Of a DNA stretch of 64,000 bases, positions 41,963 to 51,423 are shown in pieces. A program made the position numbers and the translations under genes. Every line of letters begins with the position of its first letter. Within the stretch, counting starts at the first letter, position 1. The notes below the pieces were generated by a model, which searched no databases, had not been told where the DNA came from, and saw only the letters and a list, made by a program, of their open reading frames with translations. The stretch spans positions 608,001-672,000 of the forward strand of contig CAWDNU010000004.1 of NCBI GenBank assembly GCA_963803705.1. Reading direction: 5' to 3'. The DNA is from an uncultured Pseudobdellovibrionaceae bacterium (GTDB taxonomy: Bacteria > Bdellovibrionota > Bdellovibrionia > Bdellovibrionales > UBA1609).

Positions 41963-43075
41963 TTACGCAATAGAGACTTCTTCATCAACACGATGATAAC
42001 CTTTCCAGTTTTTTAATCGGCCATAAGGCCTGCGAGAGTCCTGGGCATATTCAAATAAGACGTAAGTCAGTTTAGTTATTTTACCCAATGACTGCACATC
42101 TAAAGAAGTTAAATCCGTCCAAGTTCCAGTGTTGAAATACTGTTTTCCTCCGGGCCATTGCCTATACTGATAAACGTGAGTGTGTCCAAACACGACCGTA
42201 TGAACTCTGTCATCGTTTAAAATGGCCTTAGCACTTAAAGAAAGATCAGGAAAAATCGCACACTCTCTGACGACTTTTAATAAAGTCCCAAAACCCCAGC
42301 TTTTCCTTGGATCATTTAGAAACAACGAGCTTATAAAATACCAAAGCACTTTGTATAAACCAAAAAAAGCAAAACTAGTCTTATTAAACAAAACCCACTT
42401 TAGGGCCTTACCAAAGGGGCGAACCTTATCCACATGAGGGTAAACAAATTTCAATTTTAACACGCAATCAACAAAAAAATGAGAGCCGAAAGGAAGGTTC
42501 AAAATTGGCTCTGGCAAATTCTTCCTTAGAAAAAACTTCTTTGGGTTCATTCTGTTAGCGGCTTCATGCATGTGCCCATGCTCTATATGAACACCATCAA
42601 AAAAGTAAACAATGTTTTTATATTTTACCCTTTGCCCGGTAGCTTCATTCAATAGCTCTCTAACTCGAGGCCACAACATCTCTTGGTCGTGATTACCTAC
42701 TATATAGGTTATTTTGTGGCCCAAGTCAGAAAACTTTTTCAAACTTTCAAAGAACACAGGGTGTCCACTGATAACTCGGGAAAGCTTATTTACAGAAATC
42801 GGCTCTGTAATAACACCTACAAAATGTCCTTTATAATCGATCTGTAAAAAATTAAAAATATCGCCGTTTAAAATCAGTTCTACTTCAAATTCTTCAAACT
42901 TTCCTGTGGTGTAAAAGTTGACAAATTCTTCAAATTTTTGATCAAAATAAAATTCTTCTAGGGGATTTAAAGTACCATCAGGCAGACCTTGGCCTACACC
43001 AAGGTGTAAATCACTCATAACAAGTTTAATTTTACGTTTCGGGGTTTCACCAGTGCCAGAGATTAAAGAACTCAT
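41963..43075 (-). CDS. Calcineurin-like metallophosphoesterase
   Basis: SDLHLG, NGDIF, GNHD, HGH, GHTH. Confidence 0.9.
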   Translation of the reverse strand: MSSLISGTGETPKRKIKLVMSDLHLGVGQGLPDGTLNPLEEFYFDQKFEEFVNFYTTGKFEEFEVELILNGDIFNFLQIDYKGHFVGVITEPISVNKLSRVISGHPVFFESLKKFSDLGHKITYIVGNHDQEMLWPRVRELLNEATGQRVKYKNIVYFFDGVHIEHGHMHEAANRMNPKKFFLRKNLPEPILNLPFGSHFFVDCVLKLKFVYPHVDKVRPFGKALKWVLFNKTSFAFFGLYKVLWYFISSLFLNDPRKSWGFGTLLKVVRECAIFPDLSLSAKAILNDDRVHTVVFGHTHVYQYRQWPGGKQYFNTGTWTDLTSLDVQSLGKITKLTYVLFEYAQDSRRPYGRLKNWKGYHRVDEEVSIA

Positions 43076-43084
43076 AGAAATTTG

Positions 43085-44023
43085 TTAATCCTCTTCTAAA
43101 GAGCTACCTTCTAACATAGTCAGGGCAATTCTTAAAGCCTTTACTGTTCGTCTTAACAGTTCTTCTTTGTTTTCCATTTTTGAGCTCATTTTTTGGTTTT
43201 GTATTCTGTATTTTTCTAGATCAGATTGAATCAGTTGCACTTGTTTTTTGAGCTCTAATATCATTTCGTCTTTAGACCGCACTAAAGCTTCATTTTCCGC
43301 CTTCATAATTTCTAATCGATTTTCAAGTTCACGCTCTCTGATCCGGACATTTTCATACTGCGAACCCTGCCTTTGTTCAACGTCAACGACTCTGTCTTGT
43401 AGCGCACTGATTTTAATCTCTTTTGCTTCTAGGCTCTGCATAAGAATCTTTTTTTCTTCTTGTGCGATATCCTGCATATTTTGATAGTTAGACTCTGCGT
43501 TTTTAACTTGATGTTTTAAGCTGTCGTTCATCTCTTTGAAATGTTTGCCCGCGATTGCCAGTTGCTCACCATCTCGCCTTAATTTTTGCACCTCTTTTTC
43601 TAGCTCGAGCACTCTATCTTGGGCCACCTCAAGGTAGTTCGACGACTTCAAGTGCTCTTGAAGATTAACAACATTTTTAGCTAGTCCTTCTGGTTCTAGG
43701 CTCTGGTTAACAAAAGGAACTTCAAAAGGCTCGGCTATAGGTAAGGCTTTGGTTTTTTCGGTATCTCGATTTACAATTTTGGCCTCAGAAGGAAATATTT
43801 CTGATGCTTCAACGCCTTGAAACTGATTTTCAAAGGTACCCCCAAACGCTTCATCTAAGGTTTCGTTTGTTAAGAGCGCATTTTTAGAGTTTGGAGGTAA
43901 AAACTCTTTAACACTGGATATCTCTGGAGGAGTGCCCGCATCGGGCAGGGTTTCGCTCTGCTCAATCTCTTCTGACAATATTTCTTCGAAAAAGTCGCCA
44001 GCCTTCAAACTATTTTTTCCCAT
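43085..44023 (-). CDS. Acidic N-terminus plus coiled-coil protein (probable start MGKNSL at 44023)
   Basis: Heptad-rich C-terminal half; the longer ORF start would span its own promoter. Confidence 0.8.
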   Translation of the reverse strand: MGKNSLKAGDFFEEILSEEIEQSETLPDAGTPPEISSVKEFLPPNSKNALLTNETLDEAFGGTFENQFQGVEASEIFPSEAKIVNRDTEKTKALPIAEPFEVPFVNQSLEPEGLAKNVVNLQEHLKSSNYLEVAQDRVLELEKEVQKLRRDGEQLAIAGKHFKEMNDSLKHQVKNAESNYQNMQDIAQEEKKILMQSLEAKEIKISALQDRVVDVEQRQGSQYENVRIRERELENRLEIMKAENEALVRSKDEMILELKKQVQLIQSDLEKYRIQNQKMSSKMENKEELLRRTVKALRIALTMLEGSSLEED

Positions 44024-44028
44024 AAGTT

Positions 44029-44056
44029 TGAATCGGACAAAACACAAATATATTAA
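44029..44056 (-). promoter_or_regulatory. sigma28-type promoter, 5 nt from the ATG
   Basis: TTAAT-N15-CCGATTCA-AACTT-ATG. Confidence 0.55.
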
Positions 44057-44167
44057 AGAGTTACGTGGCACTCTAATGAAACTCAAAGGATTAAAGCTGA
44101 TATAAACTAAATAAGCCAACTTATTGGACTTAAGATCTCGTAATGATACAATTTTTCATACTACACC

Positions 44168-44193
44168 GAAACTTTTTAATTTAAAAAGTGTTT
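44168..44193 (+). promoter_or_regulatory. Candidate ECF autoregulatory promoter
   Basis: GAAACTTTTT-N10-GTGTTT just upstream of the AGGAG SD of the ECF gene. Confidence 0.5.
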
Positions 44194-44210
44194 TAACTTA
44201 GGAGAGTCAT

Positions 44211-44801
44211 GTGTCTTTGAGCTTTGAAGATGAAATGATGGACGGAATAGCTCGAGGATGCTCCAAGTCTTTTGCCGCTTTATTTGAGGCTTATGGTTCA
44301 ATTCTTTTAGGATACGCTAACAAGTTTCTAAAAAATCAAGCTACCGCAGAGGATATAACTCAGGAGGTTTGGGTGAAAATTGCAAAGGTGGCACCTCAGT
44401 ATCAAGCTCAAGGCCAATTTAAGGCTTGGGTTTTTACGATGACTAGAAACATGTGTTTTAATAAGTTAAAGGCAGATAAAAGGCTTCAATTTAAAGAAGA
44501 TATGACAGAACTTAGTGAGCTTGCAGAACCTTCGATTACAGCCGAAGACAAAATGCTGAGCGACGCCAAAATGGGCCAGGTCAACGAGATACTATCTGAA
44601 TTGCCTGAAAACCAGAAAGTGTGCTTGTTGCTAGTTACCGTAGAGGGTTTAAGCTACGAAGAGGTCGCAAATTGCCTTTCAATTTCACTAGGCGCTACAA
44701 AATCTTTGATACACAGAGCGCGCAAAACCTTAAACGAAAGGTTAGGCGATCAAAACCCGGCTAATCACAATTATTCTAAACCTCGAAAGGAGGTTTTATG
44801 A
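44211..44801 (+). CDS. ECF RNA polymerase sigma factor
   Basis: AEDITQEVW, FKAWVF, LPENQK, GLSYEEVA, KSLIHRAR. Confidence 0.95.
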   Translation: MSLSFEDEMMDGIARGCSKSFAALFEAYGSILLGYANKFLKNQATAEDITQEVWVKIAKVAPQYQAQGQFKAWVFTMTRNMCFNKLKADKRLQFKEDMTELSELAEPSITAEDKMLSDAKMGQVNEILSELPENQKVCLLLVTVEGLSYEEVANCLSISLGATKSLIHRARKTLNERLGDQNPANHNYSKPRKEVL

Positions 44802-45172
44802 AAAACAATTCTGATAAAAACAGGAATTTAGATTGGGTGAAGGAACCTATCTCTACAGAGTTCAAGTCCAAAGTATTTAAAGCCGTCCACCTTGAGCTAG
44901 ATAAAAATAGGACACCGTCTTTTGCAGCAAGATTTAATTTAAATTGGACGTGGTCTATAGTTGCAGGGTTAGCTTTACTTAGTGTTATGGTGATTCGACT
45001 TACAGGTCAGCTTGATTTGACTTCGCCCACAACAACATTTGATGATTTAGCTTTATTGACGCCAGCTGAAATTGAACTTGTCGAAAACCTGGATATTATC
45101 GATGATTTAAATGATATTGACCTAGAACAAATTAGAAACGAAATGAAGAAACAAAAAGGACCTAAATCATGA
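44798..45172 (+). CDS. Putative single-TM anti-sigma factor
   Basis: ATGA overlap with the sigma gene, one TM helix, acidic ELVENLD tail. Confidence 0.7.
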   Translation: MKNNSDKNRNLDWVKEPISTEFKSKVFKAVHLELDKNRTPSFAARFNLNWTWSIVAGLALLSVMVIRLTGQLDLTSPTTTFDDLALLTPAEIELVENLDIIDDLNDIDLEQIRNEMKKQKGPKS

Positions 45173-45531
45173 AAATACTATCTATGCTGTTAGTGTTTCT
45201 TTTGATTGCTCCTAATATTTTGCTGGCAGAGCGACGAGAGCGTTATCGAAGTCGTACTAATTATGGTGACAATACATCCGCTACCACTCCAAACAGAAGA
45301 GCTCAAAGAAATCAAAATTCAAACCGCTACGACCGATACAAATCCAAATCAAATTCTGAAAGGCAACAATTTGATAGAAACTTAAATCGCTATAATCGTT
45401 ATTCGCCTTCTGAAAAACGAAATGCGCAACGAAAGTGGAAATCTTTTAAACAAAGAACCACGCCAGAAGAGCGCAAGTATATCCGTCAAAAATATAGGGA
45501 AGCCGACCGACCGCCAAGAAGGCGCCGATAA
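45169..45531 (+). CDS. Arg-rich periplasmic protein, DUF3106-like
   Basis: Signal peptide; repeated Y/W-x2-3-S/T-P-x-E-K/R helices; ATGA overlap. Confidence 0.65.
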   Translation: MKILSMLLVFLLIAPNILLAERRERYRSRTNYGDNTSATTPNRRAQRNQNSNRYDRYKSKSNSERQQFDRNLNRYNRYSPSEKRNAQRKWKSFKQRTTPEERKYIRQKYREADRPPRRRR

Positions 45532-45544
45532 GTTCAAGTTGAAC

Positions 45545-46732
45545 TTAATTGTTCAAAGCACCTGCGTTTATCCAATCACGAATCTTTGCTTTATCTGTTG
45601 CGCTAAGTGGATTACCTGGCGGCATTGAGTTGTCATTCGTTCTTAAAAATAACTGACTACCATTTGCATTGTTTGGGACAACTCGAAGTAAAGTTTCCGA
45701 ATAGGTTGCCATGCTGTAGCCACCTCTAGCAACTGCATTACCATGACAGTTGGTGCACTTTGCTATGAAAATATCACTATTTAGTTGCGTATAGGTTGGT
45801 GCCACGTTTGAAACTACCACAGATACTGTGTCGTTCGCAGTACCACCTCTGTTATCTGTTACTACTATGTTAAATACGTAAGTTCCTATTACTAAATCAC
45901 TAGCAGTTAAAGTTGATGTGGTAACATTTGCCAATGTAGGGATAGCTGGGCCTGAAAGTGAAGTCCATGCATAAGAAACTATGGTTCCATCAGGATCTGA
46001 AGCCGAAGCTATTATTGACACTGAATTAGTTGGCAACATTAAGGCCTTATCTGCACCGGCGTTAACGGTAGGTAGAATATTATCAGCCAAGGTAACCGAG
46101 ACATTTACAGAGTCCATGGCCATAGCTCCCATATCATCAGTAACAGTGACGCTAAAATTGTAAAGACCTGACACTAGTCCACTTATACTTGCTATCCCAA
46201 TTGTAGGGTCGGCTATCACAGATGTATTGGGACCTGAAACTTGCTCCCACAAATAGCTGACTATTTCACCATCTAAATCCGATGCCAGTGCAGTAACTGA
46301 GGCGGAGCTTGTAGGTAAACGAACAATCACATCAGCGCCTGCATTCACTACTGGAATCTCATTTTCAAGCGCACCAGAGTTGATCCAAGTGGCAAGGCCT
46401 TCCAATTCAAGCCCGGTCACAGTGGCATGTTTCGCAGTTAAACCGTTTGAAACCACTGTGTACAGCAGACTGTTTAAGGCGTTACCTGCGCTTACAGTGC
46501 CCGAAACTATTATAGAGTTGTGAGTGGCCATATCGAGTCCCCCCGCCGTAGTTAAGCTAGAGTGGCACTCCAAACACTTGGGTCTGAAAACCTTCTCGTT
46601 TAGGCCCTTGTAGAAGCTTACTTCGGACGAGCTAGCTCCAACTGTTATCCCTTCGAAGGGCGTGCAGTTTTGATACAACAAGATACATCCTGCTGCTAAA
46701 CCCAATAATACTAACTTTTTAAAAGCTATCAT
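45545..46732 (-). CDS. Diheme cytochrome c lipoprotein with two PKD/Ig-like domains
   Basis: YQNC lipobox; CLECH and CTNCH; two PxVNAGAD...DxDGxIVSYxW repeats; both heme domains end WINxGA. Confidence 0.85.
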   Translation of the reverse strand: MIAFKKLVLLGLAAGCILLYQNCTPFEGITVGASSSEVSFYKGLNEKVFRPKCLECHSSLTTAGGLDMATHNSIIVSGTVSAGNALNSLLYTVVSNGLTAKHATVTGLELEGLATWINSGALENEIPVVNAGADVIVRLPTSSASVTALASDLDGEIVSYLWEQVSGPNTSVIADPTIGIASISGLVSGLYNFSVTVTDDMGAMAMDSVNVSVTLADNILPTVNAGADKALMLPTNSVSIIASASDPDGTIVSYAWTSLSGPAIPTLANVTTSTLTASDLVIGTYVFNIVVTDNRGGTANDTVSVVVSNVAPTYTQLNSDIFIAKCTNCHGNAVARGGYSMATYSETLLRVVPNNANGSQLFLRTNDNSMPPGNPLSATDKAKIRDWINAGALNN

Positions 46733-46740
46733 ACTTAAAT

Positions 46741-46769
46741 GAAATCGGCTTTAAGTTCGAAAGGCTGAA
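46741..46769 (-). promoter_or_regulatory. sigma28-type promoter, 8 nt from the ATG
   Basis: TTCAG-N15-GCCGATTTC-ATTTAAGT-ATG. Confidence 0.55.
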
Positions 46770-46778
46770 CTAAAAAAG

Positions 46779-48596
46779 CTAAGATTTGGTCTTTAGTTTC
46801 GTTTTGATATAACTATCTACTACTTGTTCTAGAACTGTGAAGGTAACTGGACCGTTTTTAAGAATCACATCATGAAATTCCTTCAGGTCAAAGCTGGATT
46901 TTAGGGCTTGTTTGGCCTTCTGACGAAGTTCAAGAATCTTCAACTGCCCTATTTTGTAGGACACCGCTTGACCAGGCATCATAAAATACCGTTCGATCTC
47001 TTTGACAGTTTTTTCTTCTGAAGAGTCAGAGTTATTCATCATGTAATCTACGGCTTTTTGCTTGTCCCATTTGTAAAAATGTATACCGGTGTCTACCACC
47101 AGCCTCACAGCTCTCCAAAGCTCCATACTTAAACGTCCAAAATCAGAATACAAATCTTTGTAAAATCCTATCTCTTTAGGCAAACCTTCTGAATACAGGC
47201 CCCAGCCTTCTGTGTAAGAGTTATGAAAGCCGAACTTTCTAAATTTCGGCAGTCCAACTAGCTCTTGCGCGATGGCGAGTTGCATATGATGTCCAGGAAT
47301 TGCTTCATGATAGGCCAAAGCCTCCATACTGTATTTTGGCACAGCAGACATATCGTAAAGGTTTACGTAGTATCTTCCGGGTCGACTACCATCCGGGGCA
47401 GGCCTTTCGTAAAAAGCAACTCCTGCAGATTTTTGACGAAATTTTTCTACTGCCAACACCTTCAGTTCAGCCTTAGGCTTGGTGTTAAATAATTCGTCTA
47501 TCCGAGCAGAGATGTCATCGATGATCTTTTTTGTGTCTTTCAAATAATTCTTTCGACCCCAATAAGTATTAGGATAGTAAAGCTCTTTATTGACTTTCAC
47601 ACTTTCAAAAAAATCATTTAATGAGCCGTCAAATTTTAGTTCTTCTGCAACCTGTTGAATCTCGGCTTGTATGCGTTTTACCTCAGACAGCCCTAACTTA
47701 TGTATGTCTTGGGGGTTTAGATCAGTAGTGGTTATTTTTCGTATGCGATAGGCGTAAAACTCTTTACCCTTAGGTAAAGCCCAAACCCCCTTAACTTCTG
47801 TTTGCTCTTTCTGTAATTTTTCTAAGTAAGCTATAAGTTTCAAATACCCCGGCTTTACATTCCTTTTTAACGAGACCTTGGCTCTATTCATCAAAAGATT
47901 TTTAGTTTTAGATTTTACTTTTAAACGAGCAACCTTCGTTCGAAAATCCTTATAAAGAGTCGAATCTTTTTTCACTTTATCGAAGGGAAATCCTGAAACT
48001 ATATTCTTGCAATCCCTAATGAGGTGATCGAAAACAAAACTTGGATAAGTCACACCAATCTTATTCTGAACCTTCAATTTTTCCAATAACTCATCAAGAG
48101 TTTTTTCAAAGTTCTGTAATCTAGATATATAAGACCAAGCCTCTGGCTCGTTAATTACAGAGTGTTCGTAGAGCATAAAATCTATTAGTTCTGTGTGTCT
48201 TCCATATAACTGGTTAAGTAAATATTTGTGGTAATAGAACTTTTTTTGCTCTTCTAGTTCTTCAATATCGCGTTCAAAGAGGTCGTAACTTATTTGACTG
48301 ACTTCATCTAGTTTTCTACGATCGATTTTTTTTAACTCTTGGTAAGAGTCTTTAGCTATTTCTACTTCTTTCAAAAAATTTTCGTAACTGGTATCGTCCA
48401 ATTGGTCATATTTTTTTTTACTTCCCAAAAAAGTCAAAAACTCTGGAGAGCGTTCTGTAGCTTCGTCAAAAACCTTTTCAAAAAACACGTTGGCTTTGGC
48501 AGATTCATTTTGAATCTCTTCAGGAGTAAATCTGGTCTGAGTTGATGAACACGAAATTAAAAAGCCTAGAAATGCAAATAGGAAGAATTTTTTCAT
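46779..48596 (-). CDS. DUF885 family lipoprotein (putative metallopeptidase)
   Basis: ISC lipobox, HEAIPGHHMQ, EGWGLYSE, RAVRLVVDTGIH, PGQAVSY. Confidence 0.92.
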   Translation of the reverse strand: MKKFFLFAFLGFLISCSSTQTRFTPEEIQNESAKANVFFEKVFDEATERSPEFLTFLGSKKKYDQLDDTSYENFLKEVEIAKDSYQELKKIDRRKLDEVSQISYDLFERDIEELEEQKKFYYHKYLLNQLYGRHTELIDFMLYEHSVINEPEAWSYISRLQNFEKTLDELLEKLKVQNKIGVTYPSFVFDHLIRDCKNIVSGFPFDKVKKDSTLYKDFRTKVARLKVKSKTKNLLMNRAKVSLKRNVKPGYLKLIAYLEKLQKEQTEVKGVWALPKGKEFYAYRIRKITTTDLNPQDIHKLGLSEVKRIQAEIQQVAEELKFDGSLNDFFESVKVNKELYYPNTYWGRKNYLKDTKKIIDDISARIDELFNTKPKAELKVLAVEKFRQKSAGVAFYERPAPDGSRPGRYYVNLYDMSAVPKYSMEALAYHEAIPGHHMQLAIAQELVGLPKFRKFGFHNSYTEGWGLYSEGLPKEIGFYKDLYSDFGRLSMELWRAVRLVVDTGIHFYKWDKQKAVDYMMNNSDSSEEKTVKEIERYFMMPGQAVSYKIGQLKILELRQKAKQALKSSFDLKEFHDVILKNGPVTFTVLEQVVDSYIKTKLKTKS

Positions 48597-48681
48597 AGCA
48601 AAAACATATTATATTTTCATTTATAAAACTAGGGGCAATGGCTAAAACACGATTTTAACTTAATTTGCTCTTAGGCTTTTT

Positions 48682-49728
48682 TTATTGATATTGGGGATGC
48701 TCTTTGTTGACGGCGTTTAGCTGTCCGCAGGCAGCGAATATATCGTCCCCCCTAGTCTGGCGCACATAGGTCTGAATTTTGTGCTTTAGTAACACTTTTT
48801 GAAATTTGCTAACTTGTTGATCATCTGGTTTAAAATAGCCAGAGCCAGGGTGTTCATTGAACGGGATTAGATTAACTTTACACTTCAAACCTTTTATAAG
48901 CTGAACTAATTCCCGGGCGTGCTGAGTTTGATCGGTAACATCTTTTAGTAAAACGTATTCAAAGGTCACGTCATCGCCTGTTTCACTGCTGTGCTTTTTA
49001 CAAGCTTCCAGCAAATCTGAAATAGGCCATTTGTTATTAATTGGCATTATAGAGCTTCTTACCTGGTTGTTGGAACCATTTAAACTAACAGCGAGGATGG
49101 ATTTAGATTTAGTGACTAGAGGTATCAGAGGAACTAATCCTGAAGTGGAAACAGTGATTCTTTTTCTAGAAAAGTTTAAACCTGAAGGCTCATTTAAGAT
49201 TTCTATGGCATCAAAGACGGCCTTGGGATTATCCAAGGGCTCGCCCATTCCCATGAATACGACATTAGATAAACCAGACAGCCCCTGTTTTTGCAATTCC
49301 TGCTGAACTAATACAAATTGGCCAATAATCTGACCCGCACTTAAACGCTTCTTCAATTTTACTTTACCAGTGTAACAAAATTTGCAACCCAAATTGCAAC
49401 CAACTTCAGAAGAAACACACAGCGTTTTTCTAGTGCCGGTAGGAATCATTACAGTTTCAACAGTCAATCCATCCCCTACATCAAATAAGAACTTTTGTGT
49501 GCCATCTTTACTTTTACGATGTTCGACGATGGACGGAAGCTCTATTTTTAACCACTCAGTAGCAGTGCTCCTGAAAGACAATGATAAATCTGTCATCATC
49601 TTAATATCTAGGACCTGCTTCTGATAAACCCATTTAAAAAGTTGAGCGGCACGAAACGGCTTCTCTAACTTTTCATTAAAAAAAGTCCTTAAATCGCTTA
49701 ATGTGTAATCAAAAAAGTTTGGCATCAT
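48682..49728 (-). CDS. rlmN: 23S rRNA m2A2503 radical SAM methyltransferase
   Basis: CNLGCKFC, MGMGEP, RGDDIFAACGQL. Confidence 0.96.
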   Translation of the reverse strand: MMPNFFDYTLSDLRTFFNEKLEKPFRAAQLFKWVYQKQVLDIKMMTDLSLSFRSTATEWLKIELPSIVEHRKSKDGTQKFLFDVGDGLTVETVMIPTGTRKTLCVSSEVGCNLGCKFCYTGKVKLKKRLSAGQIIGQFVLVQQELQKQGLSGLSNVVFMGMGEPLDNPKAVFDAIEILNEPSGLNFSRKRITVSTSGLVPLIPLVTKSKSILAVSLNGSNNQVRSSIMPINNKWPISDLLEACKKHSSETGDDVTFEYVLLKDVTDQTQHARELVQLIKGLKCKVNLIPFNEHPGSGYFKPDDQQVSKFQKVLLKHKIQTYVRQTRGDDIFAACGQLNAVNKEHPQYQ

Positions 49729-49884
49729 AATGACTTAAAGCTATACAGTAGCCGGCTATTTCTGTAAATGTGAGTGAGCGAAGCCTGTAAAATAAATACG
49801 GATGTTAAATAAACTGTCTTTAATATTTGATTTAGAACCTTGGAGAGCGCTTTTGTATTTACTTAGTGACTTTAGAGGGCAGCT

Positions 49885-50892
49885 TTGATCAATCGACTGA
49901 AGAAACCTTGGCTTTTTTTTCCCCCAGAACTATCGCATAGCTTAAGTCCGCTTTTCTTAAATTTAATGCATGGCCTTCAAGCAAAAAAAAATTTAGCCTA
50001 CCATTGGAACGAGATTGAATGGGAGGGTTTACATTTTAGAAATCCCATGGGAACTGCTGGTGGTTTAGATAAAAATGGCGTCAATATCAACGCGTGGTGG
50101 AACCTGGGCGCTGGGTTTCTTGAAATTGGTACCGTCACCCCATACCCTCAAACGAAAAATTCAGGAAAAACTGTTGGCAGAGACATCAAGCTGGAAGCTC
50201 TTTGGAACTGTTTAGGCTTTCCTAATTATGGGGCGGACAAGTTAAAGACCAGACTAGCGAAGTTTCCTAAGCTAAACCGAATAACACCTGTATTTGTTAA
50301 CATTGGTAAAAATAGGTGGACTGAAAACATAGACGCTCATAAAGACTATATTCAACTCATTAGCGAATTTAAGGATCACGCTGACGCTTTAGTAATAAAT
50401 ATAAGTAGCCCAAATACTAAGGGTCTTCGAGACCTCTTTACCGAAAACAATTTTAGATCTTTTCTTACACCGATATGTGAATTTGCTTTGCATCACAAGG
50501 CACCGCCCTTAATTTTAAAACTCAGTCCTGATTTGGATTTAGCTTCTCTTGAAAATATAGTTACAGTCACTGAAGATTTGCCAATCAAAGGATGGATTTT
50601 AGCAAACACAACCCAGTGGAGATCTGCTGAAATGAATTTTGAAACTAACAAAGGTGGAGTATCCGGGAAACCTCTGTCTTTTAAATCAGAGAAGATGCTA
50701 ATTGATTTCCAAAGTCTTTTAGGTTCGCGTCGATCGAAAAGCTTAATAATCTCAACAGGCGGAATTTCTTCTAAAGCCGATGTCCAGAGAAGACTTAGCC
50801 TTGGGGCAGATTTAACACAGGTATATACAGCTTTGGTTTTTCAAGGACCAAGTTTTTTTAAAAACGCTAGTAGAACAGCAATTATGATGTGA
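49885..50892 (+). CDS. pyrD: Quinone-dependent dihydroorotate dehydrogenase
   Basis: AGGLDKNG, NIGKN, NISSPNTKGLR, KLSPDL, GGVSGKP. Confidence 0.95.
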   Translation: MINRLKKPWLFFPPELSHSLSPLFLNLMHGLQAKKNLAYHWNEIEWEGLHFRNPMGTAGGLDKNGVNINAWWNLGAGFLEIGTVTPYPQTKNSGKTVGRDIKLEALWNCLGFPNYGADKLKTRLAKFPKLNRITPVFVNIGKNRWTENIDAHKDYIQLISEFKDHADALVINISSPNTKGLRDLFTENNFRSFLTPICEFALHHKAPPLILKLSPDLDLASLENIVTVTEDLPIKGWILANTTQWRSAEMNFETNKGGVSGKPLSFKSEKMLIDFQSLLGSRRSKSLIISTGGISSKADVQRRLSLGADLTQVYTALVFQGPSFFKNASRTAIMM

Positions 50893-50924
50893 CTGTATTT
50901 GCCTCTTCTACTAGACTTAAAAGC

Positions 50925-51338
50925 ATGTCTCGTAAGCGCAAATGTTATTGGATTCCTGTTGTCACGGCTCTTATGAAAAGAGGAGACGAAGTGCTATTGG
51001 GGCTTCGACCCGAAGGACATAATTTGGCGGGCTTTTGGGAGTTTCCTGGCGGAAAACTAGAACCAGGCGAAGAGCCCGAAGAAGCATTAAAGCGCGAATT
51101 AGAAGAAGAGCTTGGCATTGTTGCTAAAATTGGCCCTGTTTGTATGACAAGTACGCACGATTATGGCGACACCGGCATCTTGCTGTTATTTTTTGAAGTG
51201 AACTATTGGTCAGGCGAGCCAAAAACTGTGCACCATAGTGGGCTTAAATGGGTCAAGATTGATGACTTAAATAAAGAAAATTTGCCGGATGCGAATTTTA
51301 AGGTTTTGGACCGATTGACAGAAATCTTGAAGAAGTAA
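50925..51338 (+). CDS. mutT: MutT-like Nudix hydrolase (ATG at 50925)
   Basis: WEFPGGKLEPGEEPEEALKRELEEELGI. Confidence 0.88.
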   Translation: MSRKRKCYWIPVVTALMKRGDEVLLGLRPEGHNLAGFWEFPGGKLEPGEEPEEALKRELEEELGIVAKIGPVCMTSTHDYGDTGILLLFFEVNYWSGEPKTVHHSGLKWVKIDDLNKENLPDANFKVLDRLTEILKK

Positions 51339-51423
51339 GTGTAGCATTCTCCCGAATTACTTAAAATAATTGTCTAAATTTATTTTAGATGTAAGCATTC
51401 GAAAGCTCAAACATTGGAAGCCC

